Assembly: GCA_965237905.1 (NCBI GenBank)
Contig: OZ250172.1
Location: 1,600,001-1,664,000 of the forward strand
Length of the DNA stretch: 64,000 nt
Source of the DNA: Nitrospinaceae bacterium
GTDB lineage: Bacteria; Nitrospinota; Nitrospinia; Nitrospinales; Nitrospinaceae
Direction: 5' to 3'
The position numbers and the translations under genes are program-made. Of the stretch, positions 41,432 to 52,016 are shown one piece after another. How positions within the stretch are numbered: the first letter of the stretch is position 1; every line of letters starts with the position of its first letter. The notes under the pieces are model-generated. The model made no database searches, was not told the origin of the DNA, and was given only the letters and a program-made list of their open reading frames with translations.

Positions 41432-41695
41432 TCAACGGACCAGTTCGTCGTCTTTCAGGCGCGGAAACAGGTACTCGACACTGCTCGCCATCGACACCAG
41501 TTCCTGGTAGTCCTTTTCAGGTACTTCCAGGTTGAAGCGTTTACGCAATTCCATCACGATATCGAGGAAATCCATCGAGTCCAGATCGAACTGGTCCCGC
41601 AGTTTCTCTTCGTCTTTGATGGTGCTTAAATCTTCGTCCGGAGCAATGTCGGAGATGATATTGAGGATGGCTTGTCGAACTTGTTCCCTGGTCAT
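41432..41695 (-). CDS. Acyl carrier protein
   Basis: LDSMDFLDIVMEL...F phosphopantetheine site; AGGAG RBS. Confidence 0.92.
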   Translation of the reverse strand: MTREQVRQAILNIISDIAPDEDLSTIKDEEKLRDQFDLDSMDFLDIVMELRKRFNLEVPEKDYQELVSMASSVEYLFPRLKDDELVR

Positions 41696-41749
41696 TCGGC
41701 GCGTTCTCCTAAAGTTTGATGGTAGGTCAAAACTACCTGAATTTCAATA

Positions 41750-42988
41750 CTATTTTTGATATTTGCGAACGATCAAAACGGAATTAATGCCGAACATTCC
41801 GAACGAATTGTTCATGATAATACTCACGTTGTCCAGCAGTTCCGGCGTATTCGCCACCAGATTATTGAGCTGGCATTCCGGGTCGATGGTGTCGAGGTTG
41901 ATGGTCGGGTGGACATAGCCATCCTCAAAGGCGGGCAGATTGCCGGTGAGCTCCAACGCCCCCGCCGCGCCCATGGTGTGCCCCATGTAACTCTTTGTAT
42001 TATTGATCCGTGTGCGGCCCTCCATGCCGAACACCTGGCGTACTGCCTTGCACTCCTGGATATCGCCCAGCTGAGTGGCGGTGGCATGGGTGTTGAGGAT
42101 GTCGATATCCTCCGGTTTCAATCCGGCCCGGTCCAGCGCCAGCCGCATGCATTCGGCCTGCCGCCCCGGCTCCGGTAGGATATAATCGTAAGCATCTGAA
42201 TTACTGGCGTATCCGATAATCTCTCCATAGATTTGAGCGCCCCTTGCCTCCGCATCCGGCAGGCGTTCGAGAGTGTAGACACACCCGCCTTCTGAACAGA
42301 CGATGCCGTTGCGGTTCTTGTCAAACGGACGGCTCGCCTTGGTCGGGTCTGCGTGCTCGGCCAGTGCGCCCTCGCTCTTGAAGCTGGCAAAAATGCCGAA
42401 GGTGTGAATGCTTTCGGAGACGCCGCCCGCCAGAGCCATATCGACCTCATTCAGCCGCAACATCTGGGCTCCCTGGATGATGCCCAGGTTGCCCGCCGCA
42501 CAGGCCGCGCCAATGGCGTAATGCGGCCCGGTGATGCCCATGTTCAATGTCACCTCGCCCGCCGGGTTGTTGGCCACCGTCCGTGGGTTGTGGTGGTGCG
42601 ACCAGTACTTGGTGTCGTAACCGTACTGGCTGATGGCGTAGACCTCGTTCTCCGTCTCCACGTTGCCGTGCTCGGTGGTGCCTAGATAGACGCCGACGCG
42701 CGATTTGTCGACCGTATCGAACGCGATGCCGGAATCTGCCACCGCCTCCTGCGCACAATAGATGGCAATCGATCCTGCCCGTGTGCCGCGTCGCAGGCTC
42801 TTCTTTTTTTGATACTTGAGCTCGTCGAAATCGCACACCCCGGCCAGCACCGCGCCCATAAAACGGGTCTCAAAGTGGGTGACGCCAGACCGGCCCTCCA
42901 GCAGACTCTTGCGGAATTCCTTCAGCGAGTTGCCGTTGGGGGCCGTCAGGCCGATCCCTGTAATGACAATACGGTCCTCAAGCGGCAT
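41750..42988 (-). CDS. fabF: Beta-ketoacyl-ACP synthase (FabF/FabB family)
   Basis: VITGIG; AACAAG (Cys); THATAT (His); TKS.MGH (His); NNSFG.FG. Confidence 0.9.
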   Translation of the reverse strand: MPLEDRIVITGIGLTAPNGNSLKEFRKSLLEGRSGVTHFETRFMGAVLAGVCDFDELKYQKKKSLRRGTRAGSIAIYCAQEAVADSGIAFDTVDKSRVGVYLGTTEHGNVETENEVYAISQYGYDTKYWSHHHNPRTVANNPAGEVTLNMGITGPHYAIGAACAAGNLGIIQGAQMLRLNEVDMALAGGVSESIHTFGIFASFKSEGALAEHADPTKASRPFDKNRNGIVCSEGGCVYTLERLPDAEARGAQIYGEIIGYASNSDAYDYILPEPGRQAECMRLALDRAGLKPEDIDILNTHATATQLGDIQECKAVRQVFGMEGRTRINNTKSYMGHTMGAAGALELTGNLPAFEDGYVHPTINLDTIDPECQLNNLVANTPELLDNVSIIMNNSFGMFGINSVLIVRKYQK

Positions 42989-43361
42989 AGATAAGATCCA
43001 TAGGGTGCAAGTGTCGGGGATGGTTTGGATTCAAGCCCTGGACGGGTTGGCGTTGAACAACCAAGCGAAGCCAAAACTTCGGAATTAAGGAATTTAGCAT
43101 AAAAAGGGAGGGTTTGGAAGAGGGCCGGGGTCGTTCAAAAATATCGGATGAGATTATTTTTACACAGCAATGGCTTCTACCGAATGCTATTGATATAGGC
43201 AGGCTTGGAGGGCTTGTCGCCAAAAGTGTCAAAAGAAACAGGTATTTCCGGCGTTTCAGACGTATATTATTAGAATACAGGATGGTTGGGGGGCATTGCT
43301 TTAAGGACCTTTGAGCCGAAACCCTGCCGGGTTTGCCAGGCCGTTTCAATGGAGGTGTCCC

Positions 43362-43553
43362 ATGGGACTGACTTATGATGTTTTGAAGACCAAGGTAAAA
43401 TCTGAAGGCAAGTTCACGCTGGAAGAGTTGACGTGGATGCTGGACAAAATGAAGGAAATGGACCGCACACTCGACTCCCTCAAAACCACTATGGAGGAGC
43501 GATTGAGCCGGATTGAAAGCAAGGACGACGATCACATTCCGGGTGGTATTTAA
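43362..43553 (+). CDS. Small hypothetical coiled-coil protein, 63 aa
   Basis: GGAGGT RBS 6 nt before ATG 43362; heptad-like pattern. Confidence 0.6.
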   Translation: MGLTYDVLKTKVKSEGKFTLEELTWMLDKMKEMDRTLDSLKTTMEERLSRIESKDDDHIPGGI

Positions 43554-43680
43554 GCCTCTCCTCCCCGGAGGGGGAACTGGCTGACCCTCTAACGAGGGAG
43601 GAAACTTGCTGATGGTTGACGGCAAAAATGGCTCGTGGAGCGCAATTCACGGTTTTAAATTACCAGCGGAGGTACCCCGC

Positions 43681-43698
43681 CCAGCGTCGTCACGCTGG
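43681..43698 (-). repeat. Post-stop palindrome, copy 2
   Basis: Minus strand CCAGCGTGACGACGCTGG, 5 nt after the ispF stop. Confidence 0.6.
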
Positions 43699-43703
43699 CC
43701 AGG

Positions 43704-44186
43704 CTAAGCTTTTTCCACCAACGCCACGGCGTCGACGGCGATGCCTTCTTCGCGGCCGGGGAAGCCGAGTTTCTCGGTCGTCGTGGCTTTGACGTTGACC
43801 TGAGCGGGACCGATGGCGAGAGCCTTGGCAATGTTCTGTTTCATCTTGTCGACGTACGGAGCGAGCTTCGGATTCTGCGCGACTATGGTGGCGTCTGTAT
43901 TACTGATTTTATACCCCTCCTTCTTAACCACCTGCCCGACCTTTTCCAACAACAGAAGACTGGAAATACCTTTCCATTGCGGGTCGGTATCGGGAAAATA
44001 ATGACCGATATCCCCGGCGCCCACCGCACCCAACAGCGCGTCGCATACCGCATGGCATAGCGCGTCCGCATCGCTATGGCCGTCGAGGCCCTTGTCGTGC
44101 GGGATGACCACCCCGCCGAGGATCAGTTTGCGTCCTGCGACCAGGCGGTGCACATCGTATCCGTTCCCGATTCTGAATGCCGTCAT
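43704..44186 (-). CDS. ispF: 2-C-methyl-D-erythritol 2,4-cyclodiphosphate synthase
   Basis: RIG.GYDVH, GHSDAD, KATT.EKLGF.GR.EG. Confidence 0.97.
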   Translation of the reverse strand: MTAFRIGNGYDVHRLVAGRKLILGGVVIPHDKGLDGHSDADALCHAVCDALLGAVGAGDIGHYFPDTDPQWKGISSLLLLEKVGQVVKKEGYKISNTDATIVAQNPKLAPYVDKMKQNIAKALAIGPAQVNVKATTTEKLGFPGREEGIAVDAVALVEKA

Positions 44187-44283
44187 AGAATGAAAGTGTT
44201 TAGGGCTGAACCATTGTTATGCCCCCTTAGACAAGTTCAGGGTGACAGGGGAGTTTAATGTTTGGAGTAGAACCGTATCCCGT

Positions 44284-45435
44284 CTACAAAGTGACGGTGA
44301 TGAGTTTGCGGGCTTCTTCGCGGGCCCACCGGTCCGCTTCCAACACATCTTCGATGCAGATGATCGGCCGGGTGTCGTGATTGTGCATGGCCGTGCGGAT
44401 GATCTCGGGGATATCCTTGTAGGGGATCTGCTCGTCCAGAAAGGCCTGCACGGCGATCTCATTAGCGCCGTTGAGCACGGCGGGCATGGTCTGGCCGATA
44501 TCCATCGCATCCTTCGCCAACTGCAGACAGGGGAAGCGCGTGTAATCCGGCGGCTCAAACGTGAGTTTCGATAACGCCGACAAATCCAGCGAAGCCAGGG
44601 TGCAGTCGATCCGATCCGGGTACGACAACGCGTAAGCGATGGGCACGCGCATGTCGGGAATTCCCAGTTGCGCAATGATTGAGGTATCCACAAACTCGAT
44701 CATCGAATGCACGATGCTTTGCGCGTGCACGATGATGTCCACCTGCGTCTCCAGGCCGAACAACCATTTGGCTTCGATATACTCCAGCCCCTTGTTCATC
44801 ATGGTGGCGGAGTCGATCGTGATCTTGTTGCCCATGTCCCAGTTGGGATGGTTGAGCGCGTCCTTAACCGTCACATGCTCCATCTGTTCCAGCGTGTAGG
44901 TGCGGAACGGTCCGCCCGAAGCGGTCAGGATAATGCGCTTGATGCGGTCCCGGTTTTCGCCGTTCAATGCCTGCAAAATCGCGCTGTGTTCGCTGTCCAC
45001 GGGAATGATTTCGCATTTGCCTTGTGCCGCCTTGAGGACCAGCTCTCCGGCAACGACCAGAGTTTCCTTATTGGCCAGCGCCAGGGTTTTTCCGGCGTTC
45101 ACTGCGGCGTAGGCAGGGACCAGTCCGGCACACCCGACCACGCCCGAAACAACGAGATCGACTTCCGGAAGGGTCGCGACCTGTGTCGTCCCCGCTTCAC
45201 CGGTGACGATTTCCACTTTCTGACCACCGAGCAGGGCGCGCAGTTCTCCCACGCGCGACGCGTTGTGCAGGGAAATTATTTGGGGTTTGAATTTTCGGGT
45301 TTGTTGCGCGAGAACTTCGATGTTGTTGCCGGCCGCGAGGCCCCAGACTTCAAATTTGCCGGGGTTGCGGTCAATGACATCCAGCGTATTAACGCCGATG
45401 GATCCGGTCGAGCCGAGGATGGAAATTTTTTTCAT
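44284..45435 (-). CDS. dxr: 1-deoxy-D-xylulose-5-phosphate reductoisomerase
   Basis: LGSTGSIG, LANKE, PVDSEH, HPNW.MG.KITIDSA. Confidence 0.98.
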   Translation of the reverse strand: MKKISILGSTGSIGVNTLDVIDRNPGKFEVWGLAAGNNIEVLAQQTRKFKPQIISLHNASRVGELRALLGGQKVEIVTGEAGTTQVATLPEVDLVVSGVVGCAGLVPAYAAVNAGKTLALANKETLVVAGELVLKAAQGKCEIIPVDSEHSAILQALNGENRDRIKRIILTASGGPFRTYTLEQMEHVTVKDALNHPNWDMGNKITIDSATMMNKGLEYIEAKWLFGLETQVDIIVHAQSIVHSMIEFVDTSIIAQLGIPDMRVPIAYALSYPDRIDCTLASLDLSALSKLTFEPPDYTRFPCLQLAKDAMDIGQTMPAVLNGANEIAVQAFLDEQIPYKDIPEIIRTAMHNHDTRPIICIEDVLEADRWAREEARKLITVTL

Positions 45436-45523
45436 AAGTGCCCGCGGTCAGTAGGTTCGGTAGTATCAGGTAACAGGATAAGCCACAATCTTACAAAAAT
45501 CTTAAAAAAATCTCACTTCTGGC

Positions 45524-46309
45524 TCATAAAAATAATGCGTGGTAGATGTAAAATGCGGGTCCGGCAAACATCAGGCTGTCCAACCGGTCCAGAACACCAC
45601 CGTGACCCGGGACCAATGATCCGGAATCCTTAACCCCGGCCCGGCGCTTGAAGAGGGACTCGGCTAAATCTCCTATTTGACCCATGATACCGCACAATAA
45701 GGCCATAATCAAACAATGGTTTAACGGAAGAATCTCGAAAAATAGGAAGTGGGCCGCGACCCCTCCGGCCACACTGCCGACCAATCCCGCACCTGAACCC
45801 TCGAGGGTTTTTCCGGGACTGATCCTGGGTGCAAGTGGGGTTTTCCCAATAGTTTTGCCGACATAGTAGGCGGCAATGTCGCCCGACCAGATCACCATAA
45901 AAAGATAAAAAAGAATATGGTTGCCCTGTTCCATTCCACGTAGAAGAATAAAATAACTCATCAGCCCGGACACATAAACCACACCCAAAAACGAATAGGC
46001 CACTTGGTTGAGAGCATCCTCCAGCGCGGACCCGGAAGCGTACCAGGTGATGAACAACGACATGAGACACACCGCAAGCCAAACCAGATAAAAATCGTTG
46101 CGGTAAAAACAAAAAACGAGGAACAGACACATAATCCCGCCGACAATGGGATTGATTTTAATTCCCATGTGGCGCAGTAACTTGACGTATTCCATCCATC
46201 CCACCAACACGGCGGCAGTTACGAGAGCCAAAAACAACAAAGGCGAACCGTATTGAACAACCCCCAGGACAACGAGAATGAGTACCAGCCCACTGAGCAC
46301 GCGCTTCAC
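45524..46309 (-). CDS. cdsA: Phosphatidate cytidylyltransferase
   Basis: ISPGKT.EG, GDLAES..KR..GVKDSG...PGHGG.LDR.DS. Confidence 0.96.
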   Translation of the reverse strand: MKRVLSGLVLILVVLGVVQYGSPLLFLALVTAAVLVGWMEYVKLLRHMGIKINPIVGGIMCLFLVFCFYRNDFYLVWLAVCLMSLFITWYASGSALEDALNQVAYSFLGVVYVSGLMSYFILLRGMEQGNHILFYLFMVIWSGDIAAYYVGKTIGKTPLAPRISPGKTLEGSGAGLVGSVAGGVAAHFLFFEILPLNHCLIMALLCGIMGQIGDLAESLFKRRAGVKDSGSLVPGHGGVLDRLDSLMFAGPAFYIYHALFL

Positions 46310-46406
46310 TCGGCGTTCTCCTGTTTCAATTCATACGATGACCTGTGGAGGAGCGTCATAGAGTTCATCTCGGGAATGCATTTTGGGTATGCGTTTGGGG
46401 CAACGG

Positions 46407-47162
46407 TTAAGCTTTGACGATCTGGTCGCCGATCATGCCGAACCGCCGTTCCCGGCTCTGAAAATCAATGATAGCCTTGAGCAGATCGTCCTCTGTGAAC
46501 TGCGGCCACAGCACTTGGGTGTAATGCAATTCGGTGTAGGCCATTTGGTACAGAAGAAAATTGCTGATTCGTTTTTCGCCACTGGTGCGGATTAACAAGT
46601 CCAGTTCGGGAAGGTCATGGGTATACAAACTACTTTCCAGAACCGGAAAGTCGATATCCTCAATAGGGAGGCTCCCCTCCTGCACCTGCTTAGCAATTTT
46701 TTTGACCGCATCGACGATCTCCTGCCGCCCCCCGTAACTCAGCGCCAGGGTCAGAGTCAAACCATCATTGCTACGGGTAAAGTCTTCCGCATGACGGATG
46801 AGTTTTTGAATGGCCGGTGGCAGTTCGTGAATACGGCCAATGGTATTGAACCGGATGTTCTCCCGTTTCATACGCTCCAGTTCCTTGTTCAGATACTGGT
46901 CCAGAATTTTCATGAGTGCGTCGATTTCGGGACGGGGACGGTTCCAGTTTTCGTCGGAGAAGGAATACAGGGTCAGGGCCTCGATGTGCATCCCGGCGCA
47001 TAAAGTGACGATTTTATCGACGGTTTTGACGCCGCGGCGGTGGCCCTCCACACGCGGGAGCATTTTCTTTTTGGCCCAGCGTCCGTTGCCGTCCATGATG
47101 ATGGCGATATGGCGTGGCAGGCGCTTGAGATCAATTTGATTCATTAAGGCGGGATCAGACAA
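46407..47162 (-). CDS. uppS: Undecaprenyl diphosphate synthase
   Basis: HIAIIMDGNGRWA, FS.ENW.RP, RTSGE.R.SNFLL. Confidence 0.97.
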   Translation of the reverse strand: MSDPALMNQIDLKRLPRHIAIIMDGNGRWAKKKMLPRVEGHRRGVKTVDKIVTLCAGMHIEALTLYSFSDENWNRPRPEIDALMKILDQYLNKELERMKRENIRFNTIGRIHELPPAIQKLIRHAEDFTRSNDGLTLTLALSYGGRQEIVDAVKKIAKQVQEGSLPIEDIDFPVLESSLYTHDLPELDLLIRTSGEKRISNFLLYQMAYTELHYTQVLWPQFTEDDLLKAIIDFQSRERRFGMIGDQIVKA

Positions 47163-47258
47163 AGGGGGATCTCCAGGGTCTCAGATTGATTCGGCAAAAC
47201 AGGGTCCGGCCAGCGGGACGGGCCTTTAGCTCAGCTTATCAATATTATAAGGCATCCA

Positions 47259-47813
47259 TCAACCTTCCAGGACATCTTTTTCCTTGCCCTGAACGATCTT
47301 ATCCACCTCCGCGACATACTTGTCGGTGGCTTTCTGAACCTCGTCATGACCCTTGCGCTCCTCGTCCTTGGAAATGGAGTGGTCCTTTTCCATGGTCTTG
47401 AGCTTGTCATTGAATTCACGCCGGACGTTGCGGATGGCGACTTTGCAATCCTCGCCATACTTCTTAACCACCTTGGTGAGCTGTTGCCGCCGTTCGGTGG
47501 TCAGAGGGGGAATGGTCAGCCGGATGACTTTGCCATCGTTGGAAGGGGTCAGCCCCAGGTCCGACCCCTGAATGGCCTTTTCGATCAACGGCAACATGGA
47601 AGTATCCCAGGGAGCGATGGTAATGGTTTTGCTGTCAGGTACCCCGAGCGTCGCGGTTTGTGCCAACGGGGAGGGGTTGCCGTAATAATCGATCTTGATA
47701 TCTTCCACCAAAGCAACCGAAGCACGGCCGGTCCTTACCTTGCCCAGATCGGTGTGCAGGTGATCGATGGAGGCTTTCATTTTGTGTTCCGAATCTTTAA
47801 TCAAATTATCCAT
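47259..47813 (-). CDS. frr: Ribosome recycling factor
   Basis: RTGRA, PPLT.ERR, AIRNVRR. Confidence 0.97.
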   Translation of the reverse strand: MDNLIKDSEHKMKASIDHLHTDLGKVRTGRASVALVEDIKIDYYGNPSPLAQTATLGVPDSKTITIAPWDTSMLPLIEKAIQGSDLGLTPSNDGKVIRLTIPPLTTERRQQLTKVVKKYGEDCKVAIRNVRREFNDKLKTMEKDHSISKDEERKGHDEVQKATDKYVAEVDKIVQGKEKDVLEG

Positions 47814-47814
47814 A

Positions 47815-48537
47815 TCAATTGGCCCCAACGGTGGTTCCTATTTTTTCTCCTAAAAGGACCCGCTTGATACTGTCTTTCTGCCCCACGTTGAAAATGACCA
47901 TCGGCAGTTTGTTATCCATGCACAAGGACACGGAGGTGGAGTCCATCACTTTGAGTCCTTTGTTCAGCAAATCGATGTAGGATAATTCGGCGAACTTGGT
48001 CGCTTTGGAATCTTTCATGGGATCGGCGGAGTACACGCCATCCACTTTGGTGGCCTTGAAGATAACCTGAGCTTCGATTTCAATGGCACGCAGGGAAGCC
48101 GCGGTGTCCGTCGTGAAATAAGGGTTTCCGGTGCCCGCGGCAAAAATCACCACCCGGCCCTTTTCCAGATGCCGGATCGCACGCCGCCTGACATACGGTT
48201 CGGCCACCTGCCGAATTTCCAGAGCGGTCAGCACCCGTGTCGGGACGCCGTTACTCTCTAAAGCGTTTTGCAGGGCCAGGCTGTTGATCACCGTGGCCAG
48301 CATACCCATATAGTCCGCGGTGACCCGCTCCATTCCCAGACTGCTGGCGGTGGCCCCACGCAGTATGTTGCCGCCACCGATGACGATGGCGATCTCCACT
48401 CCCATGTTCTTGGCTTCCGCCACTTCCGACGCAATACTATTGAGTGCCACCTGGTCGATCCCAAACCCGCCGTTTTCAGCGGCCAGGCTTTCGCCCCCCA
48501 GCTTTAAAAGAACGCGATCGTAAATGGGCTTGTCCAA
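47815..48537 (-). CDS. pyrH: UMP kinase
   Basis: [25 protein letters not shown] start after an AGGGGG RBS. Confidence 0.97.
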   Translation of the reverse strand: MDKPIYDRVLLKLGGESLAAENGGFGIDQVALNSIASEVAEAKNMGVEIAIVIGGGNILRGATASSLGMERVTADYMGMLATVINSLALQNALESNGVPTRVLTALEIRQVAEPYVRRRAIRHLEKGRVVIFAAGTGNPYFTTDTAASLRAIEIEAQVIFKATKVDGVYSADPMKDSKATKFAELSYIDLLNKGLKVMDSTSVSLCMDNKLPMVIFNVGQKDSIKRVLLGEKIGTTVGAN

Positions 48538-48553
48538 AGAAACCCCCTGTGGT

Positions 48554-49147
48554 TTACCTGCTGATTTCAAAACGCGTAAAATCCCCGACTGTGATGTTTT
48601 CTCCCAGCTTGGCAATCTTCTGCTTGATCAATTCCTGAATGGTCATGTCGCCATCTTTGATGAACGTCTGATCCAACAGACAATTCTCTTCATAGAACTT
48701 TGACATTTTGCCGTCGACAATCTTGTCGATGATGTTATCAGGCTTGCCGGATTCGCGCGCCTGATGGGCGAAAATTTCCCGTTCCTTGTCCAGCACATCC
48801 TGCGTCACATCGTCACGCGTGGTGAACCGCGGTTTGGCGGCGGCAATGTGCATGGCGATATCTTTCAACAAATCCTTGAACTCATCGGTATTGGCAACAA
48901 AGTCGGTTTCGCATTGCAGATTCACCAGCACGCCGATTTTGTTCCCGGCGTGAATATAGGAACCGATCGCGCCGTCACCAGTACTCCGGTCGCCCTTTTT
49001 ATCGGCTTTCGCCATGCCTTTTTTACGCAGGTGAGTGATCGCCTCTTCAATATCGCCCTGGGTTTCCTTCAGCGCGTTTTTACATTCCATGATTCCCGCT
49101 CCGGATTGCTGGCGAAGCGTTTTTACCATATCTGCTGTTACTTCCAT
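48554..49147 (-). CDS. tsf: Elongation factor Ts (short 197-aa type)
   Basis: LR...GAG.M.CK.AL, CETDFVA. Confidence 0.97.
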   Translation of the reverse strand: MEVTADMVKTLRQQSGAGIMECKNALKETQGDIEEAITHLRKKGMAKADKKGDRSTGDGAIGSYIHAGNKIGVLVNLQCETDFVANTDEFKDLLKDIAMHIAAAKPRFTTRDDVTQDVLDKEREIFAHQARESGKPDNIIDKIVDGKMSKFYEENCLLDQTFIKDGDMTIQELIKQKIAKLGENITVGDFTRFEISR

Positions 49148-49367
49148 TCTCTCAATTCTCCTATGTCTATATACTTTACAAAAGATTGATTCAATCGGCG
49201 GCGGGCAAGTGGCCTGTCTCGCATCCATCCGTGGAGCGGTGAATTCAGGACGCGATGGATCAGGGTGACCGGTGACTCTGTTACCGGAATTCGCTGCCGT
49301 TCAATACCATTAATTGTGAAATAAGGATTTCCCCGGGCCCGAACCTGGGAATGATCCCGCCGTTTCC

Positions 49368-50411
49368 TCAGGCGGAAACGGGTTTTTCCTCAGCGCTTTC
49401 ACTGGAATCCGAATCCGAGTCGGCCTTGGCTGTTTCCTCAACGGCAGTCGGGATTTTGGCTTCCTCGACAGCAGGTGGGTTATCAGCCTTCTTCGTAGCA
49501 GTTTCCTCAACGGCCTTCGGGTTTTTGGCTTCCTTGACAGCGGGTGGGCTAGCAGCCTTCTTCGCAGCGGCTTTTTTCGGATCCGGCTTAGGAGGCTTTT
49601 TTGCAGCTGCGGCGGCTTTCTTGGCCGCGGCTTCTTTTTCTTTGGCCGCGGCTTCCTTCGCAGCGGCAGCTTCTTTGATGGCTGCTTCCTTGGCGGCCGC
49701 TTCCTGCTTTTCCTTTTGGACGGCTTTGTATATTTCCTGACCTTCGAGGCAAATGTCCGCAATGCGGCTGGCAAACAGGTCTATCGAACGAATCGCATCG
49801 TCGTTCCCGGGAATCACGTAATCAATCCCATCCGGATCACAGTTGGTGTCCACGATCGCCACCACCTTGATACCCAGCTTGATCGCTTCGGCCATAGCAA
49901 TGCGTTCCTTGCGGGTATCCACGACAAACATGATGTCCGGAAGGTCCTTCATGTGCTTGATGCCTCTTAGGAATTTGTTGAGCTTGGCGATTTCCTTGCG
50001 CTTTGACTGGGCTTCCTTTTTATGCAACTGTTCGAACTGGGTTTCCTCCTCCAACCGCTCCAATTCGAGGAGGCGCTGGATACTTTTTCGAATAGTGGCA
50101 AAGTTGGTGAGCGTGCCGCCCAGCCAGCGTTGATTGATGTAATACATCCCGGCCCGTTCAGACTGCTCGGCAATCAATTCCTGGGCCTGCTTTTTAGTCG
50201 CGACAAACAGAATTTTTTTGCCCTGTTGCGATGCGTTCTTTAAATACTTCTCCGCTTCCTTGAAAAGAGTCAACGTTTTCTGAAGGTTGACAATATGGAT
50301 TCCGTTGCGGGCCCCATAAATGTACTTCTTCATTTTGGGGTTCCAGCGCGTGGTCTGATGACCAAAGTGCACCCCGGCCTCCAGTAATTGACTCATGGTA
50401 ATGTCTGACAT
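49368..50411 (-). CDS. rpsB: 30S ribosomal protein S2 with a long Ala/Lys/Glu-rich tail
   Basis: [30 protein letters not shown]. Confidence 0.98.
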   Translation of the reverse strand: MSDITMSQLLEAGVHFGHQTTRWNPKMKKYIYGARNGIHIVNLQKTLTLFKEAEKYLKNASQQGKKILFVATKKQAQELIAEQSERAGMYYINQRWLGGTLTNFATIRKSIQRLLELERLEEETQFEQLHKKEAQSKRKEIAKLNKFLRGIKHMKDLPDIMFVVDTRKERIAMAEAIKLGIKVVAIVDTNCDPDGIDYVIPGNDDAIRSIDLFASRIADICLEGQEIYKAVQKEKQEAAAKEAAIKEAAAAKEAAAKEKEAAAKKAAAAAKKPPKPDPKKAAAKKAASPPAVKEAKNPKAVEETATKKADNPPAVEEAKIPTAVEETAKADSDSDSSESAEEKPVSA

Positions 50412-50426
50412 ACATTCTCCTTAAGA

Positions 50427-50507
50427 ATGGGTTGGATCCACCGCCACCTTCGTTCCGGAACAGAAACCTTGCGGTCACCCCTGTTCCAGTCCAGCGGCGT
50501 GTGAGTT
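50427..50507 (-). promoter_or_regulatory. rpsB (S2) autoregulatory leader, t44-like
   Basis: Minus strand ACTCACACGCCGC...GGGGTG...GTGGCGGTGGATCCAACCC with a paired stem, directly upstream of the rpsB RBS. Confidence 0.7.
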
Positions 50508-50777
50508 AAATGCTTGTAAAATAGTGCTTTATAGTGATTTTAGTAAAATATAGAGCTGTGGCGATAGCTTACCACAACCCCAAAGGGGAGGCAAGTGCGG
50601 AGTACCTCCGCTGGTGGCATATAAACTCCGGCTGGCGAGAACCATTGATCGTCAGTACCATTCCGCTCCCGCGAAATTTGCACCGGGCCTTGCCCGGGTG
50701 GAGTGTCTCCACAGACAACAGGTAAAGTTTTCCCTAGTTATAATTCCCCCGGTAAAGCTAAAAGATAAATAATTTGG

Positions 50778-50794
50778 GTCCAGCGTCATGCTGG
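50778..50794 (-). repeat. Post-stop palindrome, copy 3
   Basis: Minus strand CCAGCATGACGCTGGAC, immediately after the pfk TAG. Confidence 0.7.
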
Positions 50795-51991
50795 CTAGTC
50801 GTCGCAGGACATGATGAAGAGGGGTTTGTTTTCGAAGCTTTTGTAGTCGGGGCGGAGACGGTCGGTCTGGTAATGCTTCTTTAAATTCACGCGTTTTTTG
50901 CTGGCGGTGACTTCCTTTAATTCGACATCTTTATATTTGCCGTCGCGCACAGCGACCAGCCGTCCGCTTTGGCCTTCCAACAACAGGTTGAGCGCCATGT
51001 TGCCGTAGGCTACGGGCACGATGGAGTCGATCGCATCCGGTTGACCCGACCGCACCAGGTATCCCAGCTTCTGGCTGATGATGCCCACCCGTTCGCCGTC
51101 GTTGTGCTTCGGCGACAGTTCCTTGAGACGCGCCGCCACCTGATCGCCGATACCGCCGAGCTTTTTATGTCCGTACGCATCGGCCTCCTCGCCTTCGAAC
51201 ACCATACCGCTGTCGGCGAACATGGCGCCTTCGGAAACGATGACGATGGAATAGTTGCTGGGGTTCCTCCGCCGATCTTCGGACAACAGTTCCGCCAGAT
51301 GTTCAATATCGAAAGGGTGTTCGGGAATGAGACACCGGTTGCTGGCTCCGGCCATGGCGGGCAAAAGCGCGCTGAATCCGGCATAACGCCCGAACACTTC
51401 GACCACCAGGAACCGTTCGTGCGATCCCGCCGAGGTCCGTAATTGATTGGCCAGCTCAATCGTACGCGTCACGCAGGTGCTGAAACCGAGGCAGTAATCG
51501 GTACCGGCCACGTCGTTGTCCATCGTTTTAGGGATCGCCACCACGGGGCACCCTTCCTGATGAAGGCGCAAGGCATAATTCAAAGTATCGTCGCCGCCGA
51601 TGGGAATGAGGTGATCGATGCCCAGGTGATCCAGATTCTGTATCACTTCTGGCGTCAGGTCGTTGGTCTCCTGCGCATACGTCTTTTGGAGAGGAACCGG
51701 CACTGCTTTCTTTTTCACCTTGGAAGGATTGGTACGTGAAGTATGAAGAAACGTGCCGCCGGTGCGGCCCACCTTGTTGACGATCTGCCCGGTCAACACC
51801 TGGCAATACTCCTGCTCTTCCACTGGGCGGTCGCGGTCAATGCGGATCATCCCTTCCCAGCCCTTGCGGATGCCCAACACGCGATAGCCTTCGCGCAGGG
51901 CGCGCACGGTAATGGCACGGATCGCCGGGTTGAGTCCCGGCACATCTCCCCCGCCGGTCAATATTCCAATTGTGCCTTTGATGGGGGCCAT
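50795..51991 (-). CDS. Phosphofructokinase, PPi-dependent signature
   Basis: LTGGGD.PGLN, GGDD, PKTMDND, EVFGR.AG. Confidence 0.9.
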   Translation of the reverse strand: MAPIKGTIGILTGGGDVPGLNPAIRAITVRALREGYRVLGIRKGWEGMIRIDRDRPVEEQEYCQVLTGQIVNKVGRTGGTFLHTSRTNPSKVKKKAVPVPLQKTYAQETNDLTPEVIQNLDHLGIDHLIPIGGDDTLNYALRLHQEGCPVVAIPKTMDNDVAGTDYCLGFSTCVTRTIELANQLRTSAGSHERFLVVEVFGRYAGFSALLPAMAGASNRCLIPEHPFDIEHLAELLSEDRRRNPSNYSIVIVSEGAMFADSGMVFEGEEADAYGHKKLGGIGDQVAARLKELSPKHNDGERVGIISQKLGYLVRSGQPDAIDSIVPVAYGNMALNLLLEGQSGRLVAVRDGKYKDVELKEVTASKKRVNLKKHYQTDRLRPDYKSFENKPLFIMSCDD

Positions 51992-52016
51992 ATCTTTTAT
52001 CTGTGGTTATCGAGGG

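Noticed and set aside
36436..42988. Cluster as ladderane, aryl-polyene or aromatic type II PKS
   Set aside because: It lacks radical SAM enzymes, a chain-length factor, cyclases, ligase and acyltransferases; the analogy is partial only.
42978..43625. 215-aa minus-strand ORF upstream of the KS gene
   Set aside because: Atypical composition and antisense to the better-supported 43362-43553 ORF.
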